64,000 nt of DNA from the NCBI RefSeq assembly GCF_026210795.1, contig NC_089432.1:2914001-2978000 (forward strand), given 5' to 3'. The position numbers and the translations under genes were made by a program. The notes under the pieces are model-generated. The model was not told the DNA's origin and searched no databases. It saw only the letters and a program-made list of their open reading frames with translations. This DNA is from Rhizophagus irregularis (Eukaryota). The first letter of the stretch is position 1; each line of letters starts with the position of its first letter. Below are positions 13,604 to 26,200 of this stretch, in pieces.

Positions 13604-14040
13604 GCTCAAATTAATTAAAGGACCTTAGTAGGGCAGTTTTGTCGTGGGTATTAAAGAAGGTTCCTAGTATTCAAGCGTCGTGGTAGTGAGGGTGCGTTTG
13701 GTATATTGACCAAGTTTTTGGTTCATGATATGAGCGCGGTCGTGCGCTAGTGTGTTGAGTACTTTCTTGAAGTTGTTGTCGTTCCCTTTTAGCTACGTTT
13801 GCGCTGACAAGTTCTACAAGTAATAATTTTATGTATTATTTATTAGTAGGTAATGTAAGATATGTTAACATTTTATGTATTGTATTTTAGATCTTTAAAA
13901 TTAATAAAATTGGTATTTATTTTATGATTTTTTTTTAAAATAACAATTTTATCCGAAAAATCTTGACATTAATTCATTGGGTTATGGAATAAAAAATAAA
14001 ATTATTAAAAATTTGTAATTTCTGATAATGATTTAAACTA

Positions 14041-14143
14041 CCCTATAAAAAAGTAAATACGTTTTTCATACAGAAATTATACTGAGGGGCATGTTTTTAT
14101 ACTGGGATACGGTTTTCAGTATAATTTCACATGAAAAACTGGG
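14041..14143. mobile_element. Tiny TA-flanked inverted-repeat element
   Basis: TA|CCC...GGG|TA; internal inverted repeat GAAATTATACTGA / TCAGTATAATTTC; the left end resembles the 22246 terminus. Confidence 0.4.
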
Positions 14144-14679
14144 TACGCTGTCAAGTCTTATATAAAATTTTATTAATAAGATCATCATTAATAAGATCAA
14201 ATTCAGGAATTTTCTTTGTTTTTTATTAAAAAAACCCAAAGTTTTTAAAATTCGATAACTTTTGCATTTATAAAATTGGGATTCAATAAATATTAAAAAT
14301 TTAAAGAATACTCAATAACTTAAAGAATAACATAATATCTCGCTTTTTCGAAAAAATACTAAAGAAAAAAATTTTATCTTATGGAAATGAATTAAAGAGT
14401 AAATACTTATTATTGTCGAAACTTAAAAATAATTTTTTATTGGAAAAGCCTTCTATTATATGAAAAAATGAAAGATGTAATTGTTTGGGATAGTTATGCT
14501 GAATTTTGAAAAAAAAATGGTGAAAAGATTTGGAGTAATTTTACTACGTTAGTGTTATTAGACAAATCAACCAATATGCAATTCTATCATGGTACTGTAG
14601 TATTGGTTTTCGCAACTTTTAAAAAATAATTTTATAGCTTATAATTAATCAGTTATAGAACGTTACTATTCAAGTTATG

Positions 14680-15650
14680 TAGTTGCGTCATTTTTTTCAA
14701 CATCCCGTCAGTAGCGTCACATTGTCGTATGACGCCATAAATGACTTTTGCCATATGGATTTTTTTAGACTTTTAGACTTTACATAAACTTTTGGACGTA
14801 ATTACTTTTATTTTTTTTTATTTTTTTTTTAAAAAAAACTTTATTAATAACATGATGATCGCTAAATGGTGCATCATGTTCTAGACGACGTGCATCTGCT
14901 AATAAAGTATCTATCTACTAAAACAAAAACGAAACATACAAACAAGAAAACTACTTCTAAACCTAACTTCAAAAAAAGAGAAAAAAAAAAATTTAACACT
15001 AGCTATTTATACGCCTGATTTAACAACTTTTTAACCAAGCATTAGTGCCAATGTTAAACTCCATTATAGATACACGTAATTACTTTTAAATTTTTAGGCT
15101 TTATATAATAAACTTTTGGTGTAACTACTTTTAAACTTAATATACTTAAAAGCAGTTTTCAAATAAAATAAAAATTTATATTATTTATATTAAGTTTCGA
15201 AATTTAACATATCGCCATATTCTACTACTATAATTTTATCTACAAATCCAATCTTTCAGGATGGAGAAAATGGATTGCGTGAAGAACTAAATATACTTAA
15301 TACTAATAAAGAAGTTAATAATAGTATGGAATTTAATCCTATTGACATAGTTGATGATGTTTTAAATACTAGATTTATAGAGTGAATTGTTTACATGCTA
15401 TCATTATGATTTTATATCCTTCGATTATATACTAGTAATAGTAAAATTGCATATAGAAAAATGTTAAATAATGCTGTTAATTAAAAGAAGCAGTAATTGC
15501 TATTATTTTTAATTATATATAAATATGCTAATTTATTTAATATTTTATATGTTTTTTAAAATTATTTAATTATTTTTTTAATTACGTCATACTGTACGTC
15601 AAAACTGTATGAAGTTACGTCCATGATGTTACGTCACTTGAGACCGCTAA
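14680..15650 (+). mobile_element. Degenerate DNA-transposon remnant (possibly hAT) hosting the retro-insertion
   Basis: CGTCA subterminal repeats at both ends, terminal GAGACCGCTA, and a short acidic coding remnant at 15240-15384. Confidence 0.35.
14811..15073 (-). mobile_element. 5'-truncated non-LTR retro-insertion (263 bp) with poly(A)
   Basis: 15-bp TSD ACGTAATTACTTTTA (14796-14810 and 15074-15088); T-tract on + at the left end with minus-strand AATAAA next to it. Confidence 0.8.
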
Positions 15651-16149
15651 TTCAAGTGAAATAAAAGTAACAAAAGGTAAGTCAAAACTTATTAACTAGT
15701 CTTAAAAAATTTTATTTCGATTTATTATACAATATGATAAAATTCAATCGTTTCGCTTTTACAGCAGTATTACAAACGTGTGTTTTTAATACCAATTTTA
15801 AATTAAATTTTCTTTATTGGTGGTAAACTTATAGCACGAATATTGTACATTATGGATTTATATTTTAACCATCATAATAGAATAAAATATCTCGAATTTA
15901 AATTTGAATATATCATCTACTTCGGAGTGTAATAAAGATTATATTTTCTAACTTAAAAGTACTAATACAAAATTTTCAAATGACTGCCTGCTTAATAATA
16001 AATAATTGGTTCGTCATCAATAACCATCATTTTTTTTAATTTGCCATATTAGTTTAATATCTTTCCTTTCAGATCAATAACGCGTTGCTATAAATAGTGA
16101 AATTAATAAAGATATTGACTATAAATAAATATGTCGTGGTGCAACATCA

Positions 16150-16430
16150 TGAAATGTATTTAAGTATTGTAATTGATGAATTTGTTAATTTCAGTCTTAA
16201 AGAAATAAATGGATATTTAATCATCATGAAATTGTAATAAAGAAAAGCATTCGAATTATATAATAATAAAACAGCTCAATTTAGCCTTGCTTATATGTAT
16301 TTAGATGAAGAAAATGGTTATGAAGAACTTTTGAATTATCCAAAAAAAATTAGCTGAAGATGGATATTCAGGTGGAATAAATTTATTAGAACATTATTAT
16401 TCCAATGGAATAGGAGCTGATATTGATATA
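16150..16430 (+). pseudogene. Decayed SEL1-only gene
   Basis: Frameshifted and deleted matches to 3830-4280 (GCTCAATTTAGCCTTGCTTATATGTAT, GGTGGAATAAATTTATTAG); flank to ~16845 matches 8670-9040. Confidence 0.75.
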
Positions 16431-17059
16431 TATGGGAATAAAATTAAATATAAAAGCTAGAGGTCACCATTATAACAGAATTATAAAGAATGACTCAAAT
16501 GTTAGTATGCACAAGTGATATTGTTGAACCTCGGCTATTTTGTAATTTTTTAAACAATCGTAAATTATAGCTTTATCACAGGCAATACGGTTCGAGGAGC
16601 ATCGGTTTGGAAATCAAGACCTTCGGCATCGTTATCCATAACGAATGTTTACTTAAATATCATTACAAATATTAAGCTTCACTATTATTTAGTTATATGT
16701 TATGAAATTTATAATGAAAATATTAATATGAAATTGCTATGAACTAATAATGAAAAAATTGATTTGTTTCGTTGACAATCAACAAATATTTGCGTGATAT
16801 CTAGCAAATTTATGTTCGAAATTTTATTCACAATTGTTTGTTGGCATTATATATACGACAATACTACACTCTTATAAAAAGCTATTTTAGAATTAATTTC
16901 AGATATTTTTGATATTTTGAAATTGTGGCAAAGAATATCTGAACTCCGATAGAAAATTATATTTACAATATGATTATATTAGGATAATATAAATTATATA
17001 TACTGTACATATTAATTAAATTTTACAATTTTAATTAAATAGTTATAACTTTCCAATAA

Positions 17060-17560
17060 TTTTTTATAAAAGAACTCTAATTCCTTATTAAAAAGAAAAA
17101 AATTCAAGCTAAAATACTCAATACCCTTATTGAAAAAAATATTATTTTCAATAAAATTTTCTATTAAAACACTTCTAAATGAAATTCTCCATTAAAAAAA
17201 AAAAGACACTGTTTAGTACGCTATAAAAAACTTTTCAACAAACAAAATTATCATAAAAAAAAAAACTCCTCTATTAAAGTAAAATTTTCTAAAGAAATTC
17301 TCAATCAAAAAAAAAAAAAAATATTCCCTATTTAAAGAAAAAATTTTCTAACGAAAATCTTCAATCAAAAAACATATTTTCCCTATTAATAAAAAAAAAT
17401 TCAAAAAAGATTTTTACCTATTAAAAAAAATCTCAAAAAAATTTAATTTCCCTCCTATTAAAAAAAATCTTTAACGAAATTATCTATCAAAACCTGTTAA
17501 TAAATTTGCTACCAAAAAAAAACTCCCTTATTAAAAAAATTCTCCCTAAAAAATTTTTTA
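17060..17560. repeat. Degenerate A-rich minisatellite
   Basis: Recurring CCTATTAAAAAAAA / TTTTCT units. Confidence 0.55.
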
Positions 17561-17760
17561 ACAATACTATTGTTAATTCTCTGTTATTTGCCGATCAAAC
17601 CATAAAGAGTTACGTGTAAAATTATTTATCTAAACGTCACTGTTACACAGGTGGATGCTAACCTTGATTGATCATAGCTTAGTATATTTTATATATTAAG
17701 CCAAAAATCAAAAAAAAAAATTCCTTGTAGAAAATTTTCTGCACTTTAAGCACTTTAACA

Positions 17761-20399
17761 ATGTCTAATATTTCTGAAATTGAAGTTACTAGTAATTCAA
17801 ATGAATGGATTAATTGGATTGAAGAGGCTGTTGCAAAAAATTATTTTAAATATTACGATTATAAACATTTCAATAATATCCAAGAAGTTGGTTTCGGAAG
17901 TTGCGGAAAAGTATATCGCGCAAATTGGAAAAATTTTCGTAATTATTTAGTATTGAAATCTTTTTATAATTACAATAGCGTCACAATTAAAGAAATTGTT
18001 AATGAAGTAATTATTATAATATATAAATATTTTATCTTTAATCTTATATATATTACGTTCATGATTTTTAAAATTTTATTTATTTTAGTTTAAACTTCAA
18101 CGTGAAATGGATTTTCATGAGAATATTATTCGGTTTTATGGTGTTACAACAGGTATTAGAAATATTTCAAAGTATTATTTTAATAAGAATGAAAAATCTA
18201 AAATAATATTTTTCTCTCAAAAGAAAATCAAAATGATAATTCTAAAAAATATTTACTGGTGATGGAATATGCTAATAATGGTACCCTTCGAAATTATTTA
18301 AGTGAAAATTTTGAAAATCTTACTTGGAATGATAAATTAAGTCTGGCATTTCAGTTAGCTCATGTTGTAACATGCCTACATGACGAAGAGATTGTACATC
18401 GTGATTTGGTAGGTTATTCAATTTGCTTAGTTATATTTATTTATGGAATTATATACAATCATTTATTTTATTTATTACTTTATAATAGCATTCCAATAAT
18501 ATATTAGTTTACCAAAATACTATCAAATTGGCAGATTTTGGATTATCCAAGAGAATCGAAGAATCATTCAATGTTCAATCAAAATTATTTGGAATGGTTG
18601 CTTACATTGATCCACAAATATTTAATAGAAAAAGGGACGGCAAACAAATATATACATTAAATAAAAAGAGTGATATTTATAGTATTGGTATAATCTTATG
18701 GGAAATATCTAGTGGTCAACCACCTTTTAGTAATGAACCATATGACGTTACTTTGGCTATGGAAATATTACAGGGTCTGAGGGAGAAACCTATTTCTAAT
18801 ACACCTGGAGACTATATAAAAATATATACTGGTAAGAGAATTAAATTTAGTCATGATCTATAATTATAATATTGATTAATTAAAAGTTTAAATATTTTAG
18901 ATTGTTGGAATAATGAACCAGATAATCGTCCAACTGCCAACCAGGTGGTTGAGAAATTAAATGAAATTATTCTAAAAGAAAATATTAAAGTATCAAGCGA
19001 GCAACAGAATATTGCTGAAATTTCTGAAAACATTATTGATAATTCATTACATGGAGAAATGTCTCAAGTTATTAAAAATTTTTATAATATGAATACAGAA
19101 GAAATAGAAATTTCAATGTCATCGGATAACTTTGACATAATGGTTAGTGAAATAATTCTCTTTCTCGAAAACATAGAAATAGAAGGGAGGAAAAATGAAA
19201 TTATTAATTATCTTAATAATCATAATATAACTTTACAAAAAATTTATAATATGTTATTAAATAATCAAAATAATTCGAATTCTGTCTTTTTACTTGGAAT
19301 ATTTAATCAAATTGGAATTGAAATTAATGTTGACAAACAAATGGCATTTGAGCTATATCGGAATGCAGCAAATTCAGGAAATGTATTTGGAATAACTAGT
19401 TTAGGGTATTGTTATGAAAAGGGAATTGGAACCAGTGTTAATAAACAAAAAGCATTTGAATTATACCAAAAGGCTGCAAATTTAGGAAATTCACGTGGAA
19501 TAAACTACTTAGGATCTTGTTATAATAATAGAATTGGAACTAGTGTTAATGAACAGAAGGCATTTGAATTATATCAAGAGGCTGCAAATTTAGGTAATTC
19601 ATGCGGATTAAGAAATTTAGCAAGGTGTTATGAATATGGTATTGGAATTGGTATTGACAAACAGAAGGCATTTGAATTATATCAAAAAGCAGCAAATTTA
19701 GGAGATGCGTATGGAACATGTTATTTTGGAATTTGTTATGAATTTGGTATTGGAACTAGTATTGATAAACAAAAGGCCTTTGAACTATTTCAAAAAGTAG
19801 CAAATTTGGAAAATACAAGTGGAATGATCCATTTAGGAAGGTGTTATGATAGTGGTATTGGAACTAGTATTAATAAACAAAAGGCCTTTGAACTATTTCA
19901 AAAAGCCGCAAATTTAGGAGATGTGTATGGAATGAACTTCTTAGGAAGGTGTTATAAAAATGGTATTGGAACTAGTATTAATAAACAAAAGGCCTTTGAA
20001 CTATTTCAAAAAGCTGCAAATTTAGGAGTTGCGTATGGAGTAAACAACTTAGGAAGGTGTTATAAAAATGGTATTGGAACTAGTATTAATAAACAAAAGG
20101 CCTTTGAACTATTTCAAAAAGCTGCAAATTTGGGAAATGCAATTGGAATACACAACTTAGGAAGGTGTTACAAAAATGGTATTGGAACTAGTATTGATGA
20201 ACAAAAGGCATTTGAACTATATCAAAAAGCAGCAAATTTAGGAAATGATTTAGCTCAATATAATCTTGCTTTAATATATGAATATGGAAAGGGAGTTAAA
20301 AAGGATATAAATCAAGCTAATTATTGGTATAAAAAATCTGCTAAACAAGGAAATTTGGGTGCTCAAGATAAGTTAAATAAATTAAAAGAATCTTGTTGA
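17761..20399 (+). CDS. TKL-family protein kinase + 10 SEL1 repeats (5 exons)
   Basis: HRDL|HSNNIL, DFG and CWNNEPDNRP intact; near-identical 108-bp SEL1 units at ~19850-20200. Confidence 0.92.
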
Positions 20400-22245
20400 A
20401 AGTCTTTTTGTATTTGATTTGTTTATTATTTTTGATAAAATTGCAGTAATGGCTATATTGTGTGGATTAAAGTTGTGCTAGCATTATGCATTATAATTTG
20501 GATCTTGAAATTTATAAAATTGATATTTATTTTATTTGTTTATTTTATTTTATCTTATTTTATTTATTTATTATTTGTAAAATGGCAATTCTATCATTAA
20601 ATAATACCTTTGTAATGCAATAAATTTAAAAAATTTTAACATTAATTCATGTAGATTATAAGAATAGAAAATAAAAATTATTACAATTTTTAAAAAATGT
20701 AATTAACATACTATAATAAAAGGACAGTCAGATAAAAAATTGTGTTACCTTAAAAATGTATTTTTTCATATTGTTTACCAACCATTTGACTGAGAATGCT
20801 CCCATTTGAATGTACTGTAGAAATAAATTGTACAGTATATTAATGCGATTGATGCTATGTATTTGAAATTAACAAGAGCGCTTAGTTTGAGTAAAATAGT
20901 TGTTATGATAGCAAATATAAAATTCTTAAAATTTTTTAGAAACAAATGAAAAAGTTATTGATCAACTATATCATGATTACCGTGCAGTTTGTGCATATAT
21001 TAAAATCACTTTTATTCTAAAAAAGTAATACAAGAAATTGCAAATTAATGAAACAATCATTATCAAAAAATTATTAGTAAAAACCAAGGAGCACAGCAAA
21101 AAGAATAGAAAATAAAGTTTTGATAAAATATGAATTTTATTTGATTATAGGCAATTTTTTGAGATTTTTGTTTGACTACAGCACAATATTTGAGGCTCAT
21201 AATAGAATAATTACCAATTTCATGATGACCCATAATCCAATTATATTCATTATATTCCTTATTATTTTTCTATTGCATTTGGAGTTCTTTCCAGTTCTCA
21301 TAAAAGTATGTTATCTTATATTAAAAGTCATTGATTTATTCCATATGAAGACATGCTGAGCTTTTTGTTTATTAGCAAAATTTTTGATACTCTTCGAATT
21401 ATTCAGCTGTTAAATTAAAAAATTAGTGGAACGCCTATCTTGGTATGAGCCAGAGGAATTGAAGATTTGAGACATCAGATTTTGAAGTACTGTGTATATT
21501 ATCATGCTGTAGTAAACCTAAAGTAATCTAAGCAAGATAAAAAAAACATTAGTATGATTTGCACCATACTCCATAAAAAAAAGCTCCAGAAAAGTGTTAA
21601 TATCATGCTCCAGTGGTTCACCCTAGAACTAGTACAATATACTGTATAATCCTATGGCAAACCACTGAAATCATGACACCAACCATAAGAGCCAGATACA
21701 TAGACTAACTCTCCTCAGGGAAAGCCAGTTTCTTTTATATCTTACTCCTCAGCTTTTTTTATCCATAAACCAGTATCCTTAAAACTATGCAAGCAGGAAG
21801 CGCAAGCTTACCTTAATAAATAAAATTATTTTATTTATTTTCAACTTCAGTAACGCTAAACTTCCAAAGTTTCAGACTGTACTGTTAGGAAGTCTCACTT
21901 AAAAATAATTTTTTAAGAGTAAAATAATAAAATATGTAATATAATGTGTATTTTTAAAGAAGGAAAGAAGTGTGTAATTTTTAAAGAAAAAGAAGTGTAT
22001 ATTTTAAAAAAAAGAAAGAGAAGGTGTATTTGAAAGAAGGGTGTATTTTTTAAACTAGAAAGAAAGAAGGGTGTATTTTTTTTTAAAAAAAAAAGAAGTT
22101 TGAGATTTTGAGGGTATATATATACTTTTAAAAAACCCTTTTGGATACATAGTGACTAATAATCTTGTTATACTTCTTTAGGGAGTTTTGGTTACAATAT
22201 TACATCATTTTTTCCCATAAACTTTGTTTAACTGATTTTTGACTA

Positions 22246-23237
22246 CCCTATGAAAAAATGTGTTTGGAAAATATTCTGAAATTGTCCAGAATATAATTGT
22301 ACAAATTCTGGACTAAATGAGTGTCCTGAAAACATACAAAAATGTGCAAGATTTGGAACATTTTCTGGACATTGATTTTTGTCCAAAATTTGTCCAGATT
22401 TGGAATTTGTCCGGAAAAAAAATTTTCTCTGAAATGATCAGCAAGTCATGATATCTATGGAAAGCCGTCCTTGACAAAAGGTTGATATCCAGACATCATG
22501 TTGGATAATGGTCTAGACATCATGTTTGATATATGTAGAATAATGTTTGTACATCATTCAACATGATGTTCAAGCATGATGTCTTAGACATCATGTTACC
22601 AAATATAGTAAATTTTATTTTGTGTAACTCATAAATATACTATATTTGGTAATTTGATCAGCATGATGTCTAGACATCATGTCGGTTGATGTCTTTCACA
22701 TCATGTTAAATAATGTACAAACATCATCCTACATATATCAAACATGATGTCTAGACATACCATCATGATGTCTAAATATTATATTTCATGATGTTTGGAC
22801 ATCAACCTTTTGTCAAGGACGGCTTTCCATAGATATCAATGATATATTCCTTATACAAATACCTAACTGATAACTGTTTATAGCAGTTCAAATTAACATC
22901 ATGGATAGTATTTTTGCTTGCTCTTTAAGTTTACTTAGTATACACACAAAGGTTTTGAATACCAATTTTTTGCTTTTTACATTTTTTGTCCAGAATTTGC
23001 CTGGAATTTTTTCTTGTCTAACTACCAGAATTTGTCCAGTTTTTTTTTGTCCAGTTTTGTCTATCCGAAATTTGTCCTGAATTTTTCATGTTTGGACAAA
23101 TTATGGACTTCAAAAAATTCTGGACACCATATTTTTTCATAATTCCGGACATTTTCCAGACATTTTATAGGTAGGTATACTGGACAATTTCTGAACAGTT
23201 TTGGTGACAAATTCCAAACATTCTTTTTTTGTAAGGC
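22246..23237. mobile_element. Non-autonomous TIR element, TA-flanked
   Basis: CCCTATGAAAAAATGTGTTTGGAA versus TTCCAAACATTCTTTTTTTGTAAGGC; many TGTCCAGA/CTGGACA subterminal repeats. Confidence 0.7.
22449..22838. mobile_element. Nested MITE with ~52-bp TIRs
   Basis: TGATATCTATGGAAAGCCGTCCTTGACAAAAGGTTGAT is perfectly inverted at 22801-22838; internal ACATCATG repeats; TSD unresolved. Confidence 0.85.
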
Positions 23238-26200
23238 TATTATCATAAAATCATTTTGTTGTCAGAGCTTATAATTTTATACTTGCATGATGATCAATAA
23301 AAATAGACTTCAAAATTGTATTATATTATTACGCAAGATACTATTGGCCAGCCTCTTTTTTTTATATATATTAATAAAGATATATTCTTAAACTTGTATA
23401 TGTCAGCGTGTTTTTTGCTGGAAAATGAAATAATATTCTCTTGTATTTTGAACTTATTTTAAAAGCAAAGTTCTGATTATCTGATAGCTTAATATCAACT
23501 GGCATCAGTAGCATCAGTAAGATTTATTACAATAATATTTTGCATAATACAATTGTTTGACAATATTAGTAATTTTTTTTTATGGAAAGATAACGTCATT
23601 TTGGCTTTTTTTTAGACCTAATAAAAAACAATAGATAACTTTATTGCCATAATACTTTATTACATAACAATATACGTATATTTAATAGTGAGTCATAATT
23701 ATAGAAAAAATAAGTGCTGCGGATTGAGATCAACTTTTTTTTAAATCATTCTATATTATTAAAAAGTGCGTTCTCACATAATTTTATTAATTCTTTCCAT
23801 AATAAAAAATTTTTTGTATGTCATATGAATAAAAAAAATCAATGAATAAAATTATTTGATAAAAAGATATACATTATAATATTAACACCTACTCCTAAAT
23901 TAAAAAAGTTACCAGTTTACGAGATTTTAATTTTATATTAAATTTACATGTATGACTACCTTTGAACTATCTAAAATGACCTCACTGTATTTATTGATGT
24001 GATGCCGGGTATTTTCTTTGGAAATTCATGTTTAAAGAATATGTTTCCAAAAGACAATTTTTAATTTCTTGTAGATTAGTAATTATCGCTTTAAGACAAG
24101 GCAAATGAAAGTTGGCAAGAAATTTAGTGGCATCATCTTCATTGGAAACTCATTTGATATAATATATACTTGCAATATTTTAAAGCAGAATGGGTTTTAA
24201 GAGCTTTTGCAAGTTCTTTAAATGTATTTATTTTTATTGGGGGATAGATATCAGAAGGTCAATATTTAATTTACATAATTTCAAAACTTGATATTATTAA
24301 TTAAACATATTGACTCATTCTTCAGGAATAACGGTCCCATTGTATCTTGAAATTGACTCGACATTGTACAACTAATTAATTGGTCATGGGCAGTTGCTGA
24401 GGTGCGGTAATTTAGCAAATTCATTCAAGTGTACTCAATTTCGAACGATAAATATTATTTATTGAGGGAAATAATAATTATAATGTACCCAGAGATCAAT
24501 ATCATCAGCAGTAAACATTCACCAAGATATTTAGAAAAGTTTTTTATATCTTTTTTTTCGTTCAGTTTATCGTGCCGGTTATCACTTTACTTTTAGTAGC
24601 TGGTGTGGAATGATAGTAAATATGCCATCATTTCTTTAATTTTCCTCCACTCAGATTTTTTTGGAACGGCCTCGCCTTTGAAGCACTTGGTATCATCTTG
24701 ATTATTCGCCACAACATGTACACAAGTAAACACAAATCACACATGTATACACCGTTTTCTCACACATTACGATGAAGATTTGTTTGGATGAATAACTTGG
24801 AATCTCTTGGTTTTAGTTACAACTTTTTTTTATACTAGTTTCTGTAATAAATAAGCTATTAAAACATTACTTACGAAAATTATATAAAATATAAAATGAA
24901 ATTTTTTAATTTCTTTTTTTTTAGTTATTTTTGAACTAAGATACAAATTTTTTAATAATACCTAAAGTTGCAGGAGTAAAATTCATGCAAGTGGAATGGC
25001 ATCTTAAGTATTCCTAACGGAATTTTTCATATCATATGCAAAGAACCTTTTTTATCATGGAATGAAAATACATTTTAACGCTATATACAGTATTACTGCC
25101 ATATCACTTGTCCACTTTTGATTTTCGGCTAAAGATTATAAAGACGCCTTATATGTATGCTCAATATACCAAAAGAAGATAAAAAAAGTGTCCGCTATGG
25201 AAAAGCACTAATTCTCCAAACAAATAATGTTTCCACTTTACAACGTAAATTGATCTATTTTTAATACAGTACTTTTCACAAAACGCTTGAAGAGTACTTT
25301 AGAGTTGTATACTATGTAGGTATGAGGGGATTGATCAATATGAGACGTCATCATCTTAAAGTCTGCATAGAGTAAAATAATCTCCAATGCGATTGTCCGC
25401 CGCTATTCTTGATGAATTAACGAAATTCTTGGGCAAACATAAAGTGATTATAACGTTCCAAAATTAGCCAGAACCTACAAAAGAGAAAACAAAAAATGCT
25501 AGTAAGTAGTAACGTTTCTTAAAAAGTAAAAACAAAGTTTTGAAGCAACCTTAGCTATAAACTTTAATGGGAATAACATCAACTTACACCCTTATTATGG
25601 TTACATATTTAATTCAGTGCAACCTTTAATTCCTTAAAAGCTTGTCACGATGACAATAATTGGATTTCGACAAGAATAGGCAGGTAGTTAAAATTATGAA
25701 CAATATTGAGAAAGTTCAATAATTAAGGTTTGTATATCATAATACCTAAATGCTTAAGAATAGAAAACGGGAGCATTTTGCAAATAAGAAAAAAAACTTT
25801 AAATCACACTTGTTGGTTCAGTTTGTAATTTGCAATTATATTCAATTATATTCTTTATTATGTTAATAATGTGCTTCAATTATTACGGTTAATATCAATA
25901 ATTAGTTTGCAAATTAATGATATTTATTTACAAATGTATTAAAAAAGGTTATAAATACCATTTTTGACATTTTTGACAATTTATGACTTGGGGGTGAGGA
26001 ATATCGTATCGAATCTCACCCAGGATAGGGTGAGGAATAAATTCACCCTTAAATAATTAATCTGCTTTTTAAATAAAGATGAAAAACAAAGTTCCTCCAA
26101 ACTTATAATTTATCTGGATAAATTTTTAAGATATATTTAACCATAAAAGATATAAGATAATAACTATAAGATAATATATAGGCAAATTTTATTGCTATTT

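Noticed and set aside
21400..22140. Possible further decayed intron array with a GA-rich block
   Set aside because: Only one or two splice-like units and no clear periodicity.
23400..25700. Coding-like decayed sequence
   Set aside because: No sustained frame or recognisable motif; cannot assign.
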